Positions 54,276 through 64,000 of a stretch of DNA of 64,000 nt are shown piece by piece. Under the pieces are notes generated by a model. It did no database searches, was not told the DNA's origin, and saw nothing but the letters and a program-made list of their open reading frames with translations. This DNA is from Felis catus. Its lineage: Eukaryota. The stretch lies in assembly GCF_018350175.1 (NCBI RefSeq), contig NC_058368.1, positions 80,106,001 through 80,170,000 of the forward strand, given 5' to 3'. How positions within the stretch are numbered: position 1 is the first letter of the stretch; the number at the start of each line of letters is the position of its first letter. Made by a program: the position numbers and the translations under genes.

Positions 54276-54338
54276 GGGCCTCCCGGCCGCCACGGGCCTG
54301 TGGGACAGATGGGTCCGGTGGGAGCTCCAGGAAGACCA
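54276..54338 (+). CDS. COL4A2: COL4A2 exon 10 (63 nt): GPPGRHGPVGQMGPVGAPGRP
   Basis: acgcag|GGG...CCA|gtaagt. Confidence 0.96.
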
Positions 54339-54742
54339 GTAAGTAGCAGGTGCCCGGCTCATTCTCAGGGGGCCATCAGGGTATCCCCTAGACACACGGC
54401 TTCTTCAGTTGTTGATGCACGTGGAAGCATCACGATACATCTCGGATGCTTGTGGTCACGATGGAGACTGTCGAGACAAAACAGGTCCTCTCTCGCATGC
54501 ATTTTGCTGCTGTTAAGGTTGAAGAATGAGGACTTGAAATTTGTGGGCACTAGATCACCACCAAGCATGTCCAGTGTGGAGATGGTGCTGGCTGGGCCCC
54601 CTTGCAGTCGAGATGAGCTCTCTCGGCCCCACACTCAGCCAGCTGATGGCGGGAGGGGGGGGGGAGGGCACGGGGGAGGGGCTGTCACCCCTGGGCCAAG
54701 CACATCAAAGTCCGACAGGTGGATAAGAAGAAATGGTCTCTG

Positions 54743-54824
54743 CCTGGGCGTGGCCATCGTGACAGCTGTACCACACCTGGGCGTGGCCATTGTCACAGGT
54801 GTGCCACACCTGGGAGTGGCCATC
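54743..54824. repeat. 33-bp minisatellite, about 2.5 copies
   Basis: cctgggcgtggccatcgtgacagctgtaccaca / cctgggcgtggccattgtcacaggtgtgccaca / cctgggagtggccatc. Confidence 0.9.
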
Positions 54825-55906
54825 ATTGCCAGTGAGATGTTACACATCAGTTAGCAAAACGGCCCCAGTGGCCGCCTGAAGGGGTTCCCGGCCCGTGCAA
54901 CTCAACGGACAGAGTGAGTGGCACCCGCACAACACGGGGTTGAAGGAGGGCTTGCTGCAGGGAGGGAGAAGACGAGAAAACAGAGGTGCTGGTGCCCATG
55001 AAGCCCCCCAGACCACTTCCCCCATCGCCCACCGGCCCGGCAGTAAACCACCCCCACTGGGTGTCTGCCCCTCGTTCCCTGGAAGTTTAGCATCAAGACA
55101 AATGGGCCTTGAACAACACTGGGGGAGGTCCGGGTCCAGGTGAGAGAGACCTTGTCGCAGAAAACCGGAGAAGCGAGGATCGCGCGATGCCAGGTTCTTT
55201 GCTCCCCCGCCGCGTACAGCTGTCGGCCCGCCCGCAGTACACACGCCACATGGGCAGGGGTTGGTCTTTAAATACACAGTTCGGGGAAATCTGAAGCAGG
55301 GGCCTGTCCCCGCCGTGTCCTGAGCTGATCTGACGGCTTCAGGTTCTTCTACGGGCCATTAGAATCGCCCACGCTTCCTTGTGCTTAAACGCTAACCGCC
55401 CATCTCATGCGTGTTTAACACCTCATCCTAAGTGTGGCGTTGACACTGAACACTTTGCAGAAAGACGGTGGTGTTTGCAGATGGACTTTCAACCCTGCAG
55501 TTCGGACCCGCAGGTTAATTCTGCCCGTGAACATTTGCTGACCCCTCCAGCAAAACATGCTAGGAGGTCAGGGGAGGCAGTGTCCACGGTGACAGGGCCT
55601 GGGACCTTGCGGGGGGTCTGAGCAGGCAGGAGTTAGGACCCGGGTGAAGTCAAAAGTCTGAACTCAGAAGAGCAAACCCAGAACAGCTGTAGGTGGACAG
55701 CTGGCAAATTCTGAGAGGCAGGCCCGCCCCCGGTCCTCTGCCCTCCAGCCCGTCCTCCCCACCGAGGCAGGTAGACCGGAAACCTCTCTACATACTACAC
55801 GGTGTGCTAAATATACACAGAATGGCTTTCCCAGAGCTTTCCAGCAGAAGTTATCTGGGTCCTGGGATAAAGAAAACAGTTTACAGATTTCTTTGTATTT
55901 GTGCAG

Positions 55907-55942
55907 GGCCCGCCTGGACCCCCTGGACCTAAAGGACAGCCG
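55907..55942 (+). CDS. COL4A2: COL4A2 exon 11 (36 nt): GPPGPPGPKGQP
   Basis: gtgcag|GGC...CCG|gtaagt. Confidence 0.95.
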
Positions 55943-57428
55943 GTAAGTCGGTGACGGGGGCGGGGTGGCTTACACACTTGTGTGCACCTTTCCTGACCAT
56001 AGGACTACTTGGTTGACAACGACGTATCGTTTATTTCGTGATGAAAATGATTCTGTAGGTTTTTAAGACCAAAAAAATCACATCCCACTGCCGTCGTGTG
56101 GAAATCACACTGATGAATGTTTGATTAGCAATGTAGACGCAAGACCAGCTCGTGTGTATCCGAATGTGTCAGTGCACCAGAGGGGACAAAATGTGGCTGT
56201 GTTTGTGCGGGGTGGGGAGCCAGCGGCATTCCTGCCCAGATGTAACCAAGCTCTTTGTGCCGGAGGGTGACACCAGCCCCCAGGGAGCTAGTCCGTGATT
56301 TTCAAGTCAGGCTTGAGCCCAAGGCCATACTGTTCCCACCCAAGAAAGATGATTAAGTTGGATGAAGTACAAGAAAGGAGGTGGCTTGTCAGAACCTGTA
56401 GACGGAACTAGGGTTCAGTGTCAACGGGGAAAGTTGGATAAATGTCTAAGACCAAGAGCAGGCAGGTGGAGAAGGGGATGGGTGATCAGAAATGCTGGGC
56501 TGCAGCTGCCAGTGTGCAAGGACCATCCCGTGGCCTGCGCGTGGCCGGGGACATCCCCAAGCCTGCATGTTCCCATGTCTGCTCTACGGAAACCTCATCT
56601 CTTTGGCCTCCGGGGGACCTCGGCATCCACCGTCCCCCTCCTCTGCTCCCATCACCTCTGACCTGGCTTCCGGCTGGGGCTGGAGCTCATTAAGGCTGCT
56701 GCCCCCACCACTGGGCTCCCCACTGTCTCGCGGCCACGAGCAGGGTGGGAACGGCCCCGAGCCAAGAGAAGCGGATGTGGGACGGGGCCGCCCAGCCCCA
56801 GGGTCGCCTCAGATCCCCGCTTGGCTGCAGCACAAACAACCCTCGCCGTCCACCAGGTCACTTCCTGGGGACTTGGGCGGCCGGCTCGCGAGGCAGAGGG
56901 ACAGCGGGGGCCCCCGGCAAAGCGCATTCTGATCTGGCCCGGCTGCCTTGCTGTGCTTTGATTTCAGCTCCCAGCCAGGTGGGAAAGGAGCAAAATAGCA
57001 AAAATTAATTAGGGGCTTTGTTTGTGTTTTTTGGAGAATATCTGGGCATCGGAGGGGGAGCGGGGTACTGCAGAGAGAAGGAGCAGATACGGCCCCACGC
57101 CATCCTTTGTCTTGGTGGGAATGTGGGGGCCCTGGGGAGGAAGCCGAGTTGTTTGCAGGCCAAAGAAAAGAGCGCTATTTCTAGAACATGTGTAAGTGTG
57201 TAGCACAGCTGCTCCTGGACTTGGGGGTCAAGTCAGTTCTCGAACACATGTCCCCCCCACTTGTGAATCTATTAAGTACGTGACAAGTCGGGGGCCCCAG
57301 CCAGAGAATCCCCAGCCCCTAAAGTCATGAAAAGGGTCAGATGTGTTTGTGGAATCAGGATTATCTTACCAAAATGACAAAAGGCTGAGGCGGAAGGGAG
57401 ACTGAATCCTGATCCTGAGATCTGGGAT

Positions 57429-57430
<2 letters not shown>

Positions 57431-57460
<30 letters not shown>
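57431..57460. repeat. G30 homopolymer
   Basis: 30 consecutive G. Confidence 0.95.
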
Positions 57461-57463
<3 letters not shown>

Positions 57464-58140
57464 GTGGCTGTTTCCTGGGTCTGAGGAGACGCTGAGACCC
57501 TCATCCGTGGAGACGACAGGTGCGCTACCGAGTCCGAGAGACCCGGGATCAGGTCTGGGCTCTGCCGCATGCCAGCAGGGAGGCCGCGGCCAGACGCCTG
57601 CGGTATCTTCATTCATCGCACACTGCACAGGGTTAAACGCCGCAGAGCCCTGGCTCATGCAGCAGGTGCAGAATTAATGACACAGACAACTTCGGGAGCC
57701 TCGGGATGGTTGAACAACAGAATATATTTCAAAAAGCAAGCTAAAACATTCCCAGCGGTGACAAAGTCCAGAAAAACCGCCATTAATCCGCTATTTTCAG
57801 GGTTTCACTTAGAGTATAAAATACGGATTTTCCCTAAAAGCACACCTGTATTCAAGAATAGCACAGCATTTTCCCAAAGCCCATTGTTTTCATCACACTC
57901 ACGATACACCGTGAGGTGCCGCTTTCCGTAACTCCTACGTGACCCCAGCCTGCTCCTGTTCATATTATGTGATCTCTGGGCTCACACTTTTATTACGTAG
58001 TTTATATGTGAAACTTGCAAAAGAAAAGACATTAATTTTCTTTTGTGTCAAATAGCTTTGGGGAGGGAATGCCAGAATATTATGCAAAGATAATTGTTTG
58101 GTATTTTGCAAATAGATAGAGCTTACATCTCTTCTTCTAA

Positions 58141-58248
58141 ATATATATATGTATATATATATGTATATATATATATACACACATATATATAAACACATAT
58201 ATATATAAACACATATATAAACACACACACACACACATATATGTATAA

Positions 58249-58314
<66 letters not shown>
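58141..58314. repeat. Compound (AT)n/(AC)n microsatellite ending in perfect (AT)22
   Basis: Direct reading. Confidence 0.97.
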
Positions 58315-58316
<2 letters not shown>

Positions 58317-58367
58317 CTCTGTGGTTAATGACTTTTAAAAACTCAGAAAAACCATTTCTCTTTTCAG

Positions 58368-58409
58368 GGCAACAGAGGACTTGGTTTTTATGGACAGAAG
58401 GGAGAGAAG
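58368..58409 (+). CDS. COL4A2: COL4A2 exon 12 (42 nt): GNRGLGFYGQKGEK
   Basis: tttcag|GGC...AAG|gtaagg; GLGFY imperfection typical of alpha2(IV). Confidence 0.96.
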
Positions 58410-59099
58410 GTAAGGAAACATAATAGATTAAAGTGGAGGCCTGCTTAGGAATTAGGAAATAAATCATTTTGATGACTGCTTTCCATGCAGTCGTCTTCTG
58501 ACCACTTGCATAGGAAATGATCACTGTAAAATGCCGGGCTATGGGAAACGCTCCAGTTACGGTGATGGGTCACTGAGACAGTGAAAGCCAACAGTCTAGG
58601 TTAGCCCCGGACAGATCTGTGACACAGACGTGAGTGACTTCAGCCGTCAGCAGCACCCACAAAGTAAAAGCATTGCCCGAGGTGTCTCCCAACGTGCGGA
58701 CCCTCGAGGTAACTGAGCAGAGACTGAATGGAGAACCACAAGCCAACGTGGAGCCCACTCAGGGACCGGGCTCACAGGCGATCAGGAACCATGTGGGCGT
58801 CTGTAATCCCTGCACCACCAACACGCAAAGACCAAGGGCCTTCGAGAGCGTCACTTGAGGCCATGCACGTAAGACCCCCAATGTGGCAGGTGGCTCACAC
58901 AAGCAGAGGCTCACCAACACATAACGGGTCGCACTCACCACAAAACCCACTGGCCACCATGAACTTTGTGCCGTGGCTTCATTGTTGATGAATTTTCATT
59001 TTGTTTTTCCACTGGGCTGTTTGATCGCACAGTACACTAAGTGTAGTCCGGTACTGCTCAGGTCCGAAGAGAAAGACTTTTTCTTTGTGCTAATACCGT

Positions 59100-60050
59100 A
59101 GAAAAAATTTACAAAGGAAAACGTTGAAAAATCCGAACACATAAAAAGTTACACACCTATACAATGAAATATAACAAAATAGTAAACTAACATAAGAAGA
59201 AGAAAAATCTGGGAAGAAATCACTGGGCAGAAGGAAGAGTCATCACTTTAGACAGGATGGAAAAGAAGTGAATGTGTATCATCTCCAAAGAGTTGAGTTG
59301 AATGTTAATAGAGTATCGAGGCCCCGATAGGTAAAGGAAGACGAACCAAGACCTCCAGGCAATTCTCAGATACAATGTTAGCAGACTCTCAGAATACTAC
59401 AAAAAAAAAAAAAAAAAAAAAGAATACTACATTGTGTCACTTTGCTCCTGTTCACATTATATGACATCTGGGCTCAAATTTGTATTCCATAGTCTGCTTG
59501 TGGAAATGCCAAAGAAAAGACAATAGGTTTCTTTTTGTGTCAGTTTCTGGTAGATGAAGCCCCTTCTTATGCAAGAATCCTTGTCTAATTGTTGCAGATT
59601 GATTCCTTCTGGGATCTGTGCACCAAGTGAGAAGTGTTTCTTGCTAATGACAAAAGTGCAAATAAAGCTTGAGATATTTTATCTGTTGAAGATGCTACTT
59701 TTTATTCTATAAGAACACCCTTAACGGGCATAGCAGTGGCAAGACTGGAGTAGTCTTTCTCGGGAAAGGGTCGAGGTCCCAATCTTGGGACCCAATAGAG
59801 GAAAACATTGATGTGGCGACATTCAGCCCTAGTACAGGAATTAATCATAAGGAGATAACTCCACAGAAGCAAATGTAACCCACACTTATGAACAACCTCA
59901 ACGCTGTTTATGAATAAATTGCAAATGATGATGAATGCAAGGAGGACACAAATAATTTTACGTTATGATTTTATTTTATACTATGATTATAACATTACAA
60001 AACTGGTGTAATTTTTGTAATATACAAAAGTAGGAATAGCAGTTTGTAGT
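59100..60050 (+). mobile_element. Fragmented old L1 (L1ME-like) relic
   Basis: A-rich ORF2-like stretch 59100-59225 and tacaggaattaatcataaggagataact near 59833; boundaries uncertain. Confidence 0.4.
59391..59430 (+). mobile_element. poly(A)-only retrotransposition scar with TSD
   Basis: agaatactac-(A)20-agaatactac. Confidence 0.75.
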
Positions 60051-60120
60051 GGTGCTTTTGTTCACACCTGATGGTGTCTTTGCAATTTAAAGCTGACTAC
60101 TTTTGCTAAACCATTCCCAG

Positions 60121-60219
60121 GGCGACATGGGACAGCCGGGACCCAATGGGATTCCATCGGACATCCACCATGCCATCATCGGGCCCATGAAGGAGATGTT
60201 CCACCCAGATCAGTATAAG
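60121..60219 (+). CDS. COL4A2: COL4A2 exon 13 (99 nt): [33 protein letters not shown]
   Basis: tcccag|GGC...AAG|gtaaag; long non-helical interruption ending FHPDQYK. Confidence 0.96.
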
Positions 60220-60687
60220 GTAAAGAGGCTTCAGCAAAGTTGACTGTGTTTCCAGTTGAACTGAAAGAAAGGAATTTTCTTTGATCCTTTTAAAACAATC
60301 ACAAAGTGGGGAAATCTTAGTACCCAGCTGGCTCATCACACATGAAGACACCACCCATAATCACACAGGTGTACTAGTCCATCAGCTTAAAAAAAAACTG
60401 TGACAAATTTGCAACAACAGAAAAATTCACGAACAGTCTCCGATCTGTCCTGAGTGTACACATCTCCTGTGCAGGCACAGGTTAATGGTCCAAGCATAAT
60501 TCAGAGCCAGGATGGGAACTATCTGAGCAAAGTGTTGTGTTCCGCAAGAGAAACCTACTTTTTGTCTTTGCTGACAATGGAGCATCACTGTGGGCGTTCT
60601 CCCATCAGTCAGTTTTCTGATTTTTATAATTTCCGTTAACATTTTCTTTGATTAAAAGTGTACTCTTGGCATCTAAATAAAAATTCA

Positions 60688-60872
60688 GGAGCGCCTGGGT
60701 GGTTCAGTCGGTGAAGCACCTGACTCTTGGTTTCGGCTCAGGTCACCATCTCACGGTTCGTGAGTTCGAGCCCCGAGTCGGGCTCCATGCTGACAGTGTG
60801 GAGCCTGCTTGGGATTCTATGTCTCCCTCTCTTTCTCCCCCTCCCCCCCAAAAAAATAAACTTTTTTTTTAA
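60688..60872 (+). mobile_element. Can-SINE (intron 13)
   Basis: Head with A/B boxes; short tail. Confidence 0.95.
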
Positions 60873-62104
60873 TTAACACCCCACTCTACCTCTCACTCAG
60901 ACAGGCCAGTGAACCTTCCCCAGTGTCCGGGCTCCCTTGTGCCAAAGGAAGGTAGTCAATAAACTCAACCTCATAATGCTGCTGAGTGGAGACCACTCTG
61001 TCAGGGCAAAGTCCCCAATTTGAGGTCACAGACAGTGCCTGGGACCAAAGTGAAAACCCCAAACATGGGATCTAATTCCAACTCTCAAGTATCTGTCCAG
61101 ATGGAGATTGGGTGCTCGACCGTGGCTGGGAGAAGGCAGGCCTCCGGGAGAAAGTCGCTCCGGGCAGATGTGCCTGACTTCACAGCCACGTGACCGTTGA
61201 CAGAAGGGGCTTGGGCAGTGGCTGATGTAAGGCAGAACGCCAAGGAAAGCGTGTCAGGAGCCATCTGAGCTTAGAGCAGGATGTCCCTGGACATCCAGGC
61301 AGGAAGGGGACCCCACTGAGTCATCAGGTGGGATCCAGGCGGGGACTCCGGCTCCTGCTGGTGCCCTCGCCATCAGCCAGGTAGGGCCTCTGTCCAGTTT
61401 CAGGACAGGAGCCAAGGGGGGAGTGAGGCCAGAGGACGTGTGATCCCTGCCGAGGTGCTCAAGCTTCTGCATCAGATTTCCTTCAGCTTCTGCAACAAGA
61501 TGGGTGGGGGACGAGGGCCCGGCCAGCCTGCAGGAGGCTGCTGAGAGTGACAGGGATCCCGGGTGCCGTCTCAGCAGCAATGAGGGAAAGAACCCAGTGG
61601 TCACTGCATTTCTTCCCCCGTTTTAGACCAAGAAGAGTGGGAAAGAGCGATCATATAAAATTGAGCCTGCTTCCTAAAAAAAGCCTGTTTAGCTTGGGGT
61701 TTTAATATGCTCCAAACGTGTCCTTTCCCCCGAGAGGACCTTCCTAAGGCTCTTTTATTCAAATGAACGCCATCGCTGGGGGCCTCTCACGGGCACATCC
61801 TCTGCCACTGCACGTCACCATGGGCCTGCGCTGTGGGCGAGGGGGGGCGGCGTGCAGAGAGCGAACAGGCAGCCTCCCCATTCCACCAGACGTAGCATGG
61901 GATTTAACTGATACTGGGAAAGCCCAGGAGAAGTCATACTTCTTTTCTCTTGAACTTTGAAGCTGCAAAACGTGGGAGTTGTTTATTATGAGCCACTCGT
62001 AGTCACTGTTGGCCGTTGCATTAACTACTTTTTAGATGGTGAACCCCATTCGTCCTTTCTGCTCTTGAATTAATGCTCTTTCTGACATTTCACTGTCTTC
62101 GCAG

Positions 62105-62140
62105 GGCGAAAAGGGGAGTGAGGGGGAGCCGGGAAGAAAG
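62105..62140 (+). CDS. COL4A2: COL4A2 exon 14 (36 nt): GEKGSEGEPGRK
   Basis: tcgcag|GGC...AAG|gtaagt. Confidence 0.95.
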
Positions 62141-62685
62141 GTAAGTCGAGCAGCGGCCGGGTTTCCTCTCGCTGGCAGGGTCCCCCCAGCCCCCCACCCG
62201 GCCCCCACTCCCGGTGACCACGCACAGGGCTCTAGCAGCATCCACCTGTGACACCGGGTGGCGCTTTGACGCTTCTCTTCAGAAAACAATTTTAGAACGT
62301 CTCCCCTTTTGCATGATACACACCAGCTGACCAACATCTTCTGGGGTTTGTGACCTGAACGTCGGCGCTTTAAGAGAGCAGGTGCACAGGCAGAGGGACG
62401 GCGGGCTTGGCAGTGGCTTCAGTTCTGGGGCCAGCACATCGTTGCTATATTGTCTTCCGTCCTCATCATGCCTGCCCTGTATTCCCAGCCCTCCTGGGCG
62501 TCACCTGCTACGTGACAATGCCAGTGGTGTCCTGGAGCGATGCTAGTACAGGCCACCTGGGAGACTCTCTGTGACCCTGAATCGTGCTGGGCTGGACGGG
62601 GGACCCCAGGAGTCCCAGGGGGCTAGAACACCCGAGGGGGTAAAGTGCACAGGCCAGCTGCCTCACCTGTTATCTCTCCTCCTAG

Positions 62686-62736
62686 GGCATCGCCTTGAAG
62701 GGAGAAGAAGGAGTCATGGGCTTCTCGGGCATACGG
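62686..62736 (+). CDS. COL4A2: COL4A2 exon 15 (51 nt): GIALKGEEGVMGFSGIR
   Basis: tcctag|GGC...CGG|gtaagc. Confidence 0.95.
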
Positions 62737-63649
62737 GTAAGCGATGCATCCCATAACTGCAGTTTGCTCTGGTTTGCATGTTAAGTAGACTGGATTCCTC
62801 CGAGCAGACTTGAGGTTCCCTGCGAAGTCGAGCTAGAGGCACAGAGAGGTCCCACATACCCTCTCCCCTCACCCACGCACAGCCTCCCCACTCCCAGCGT
62901 CCCTGCCAGAGTGGCCCTCTGACTGCGGCGGGCGAGCCCACAGTGATGGACACGCCCTCCCCCCCAGTAACCATGATGTTGGAGACTCCACTGAAGGAGG
63001 GCGGGGCAGAACACAGAGACATCTCTGCCAATGCCGGTGAGGCTGCCTTAACCCACGGTAATGGAAGTGTAGACTGTCCCCAACACAAGAAGTTGATTCT
63101 TGTTTCCCTGAGAGTCTAGGACAGTGGGTGGGATGCTGGGGGTCACGGGAGTGTCTCCCCCATGGAGATTCAGCGCCTGTGGCTCCCATGCCCAAGGGCA
63201 GACCTCCATCCTTAGAGCGTGGCCTCAGATGACGCCTGCCTCTTCGGTCCTCCCTCCATCGGCCAGAGCTCGGTCACCTGCCACACCTCACTGCAAGTGC
63301 ACTGGGAAATGTGGCCAGAACAAAGGCAGAGTGGCCTTGCGGTGGCTCTCTGGTAGCCACCACCACTAAAAGGACACGTGTTAGAATCTTGGAAAATAAG
63401 AGACCCCTGAGAAAGTTGGAGTGCAGGTCTTTTAACACCTCCACCGGATGAACCATACTGTCTTTCTAGACTTCTCCGTATTTCTTTAGGCAGTAGGCGT
63501 GATGGCCCACCTCCTTCAGAAAATAATTTTGATACTTTCATAGTAAAGCATTTCATGTTAGCCCATGTCGGGGGCGGTAACAGAGCCCTCCGGGAAATGT
63601 TGCTGTCCATTCTGAGATGTTTTTGCTTCCGTTTTCCATCCCAACCCAG

Positions 63650-63694
63650 GGTTCTCCTGGCTTCGATGGCGAGAAGGGTTCACCAGGACAAAAG
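63650..63694 (+). CDS. COL4A2: COL4A2 exon 16 (45 nt): GSPGFDGEKGSPGQK
   Basis: acccag|GGT...AAG|gtaagt; gene continues beyond the window. Confidence 0.95.
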
Positions 63695-64000
63695 GTAAGT
63701 TTGACGCACCTGTTTATTTCACCACCGTGCTTTGGAGATGATTCCACATTAGCACGGACACGTCCACAGAGCTTTGGTAGCGACCTGCACAGCGTTGCGG
63801 GAAAAGGACGCACCGTGTGCCTGACGACCCCTCACCGTGGTTCCCAGCTGCTTGCTGTTTGCAGCCGTCACACAGTCGACAGTATGGGACACACCTCTTG
63901 GCGCCCATAGGCCAGGATTTCCATCATTCGGTCCTAGGAAGTGCATAGACAGGCTTTTTAGAAATCAGTTCAGCCTCTGAATCATGACTCCATTGAATCC

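Noticed and set aside
54192..54854. 220-aa ORF with LGVAIVT repeats
   Set aside because: Exon 10 in frame plus intron read-through; the peptide repeat is the 33-bp minisatellite
59776..59793. Short perfect inverted repeat ggtcccaa-tc-ttgggacc (also tgtgacca-cgctc-tggtcaca near 18758)
   Set aside because: 8-bp stems are expected by chance and are too short for a miRNA hairpin

Overview
Mammalian genomic DNA from a feliform carnivore (probably a felid), judged from about 26 Can-SINE/SINEC_Fc-type insertions. The window is an internal piece of the collagen type IV alpha-2 gene (COL4A2) on the + strand. Positions 1-48295 are the distal part of one very large intron (intron 4 by human numbering). 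Positions 48296-63694 hold 12 small phase-0 coding exons (exons 5-16 by human numbering; 777 nt, 259 aa) with canonical GT-AG ends, encoding the 7S region and early Gly-X-Y helix. The rest is SINEs, old L1M/L2/MIR/MER relics and simple repeats. The supplied ORF track is essentially noise apart from frames crossing these exons. I found no credible new gene system. The best leads are a candidate CTCF site with upstream module (37806-37840), a GC-converted L1 relic, a young SINE 22 nt from the exon 9 acceptor, a poly(A)-only insertion with a perfect TSD, and a motif-dense candidate enhancer near 17.9-18.1 kb. Repeat family names and comparisons to human come from memory, not from searches.
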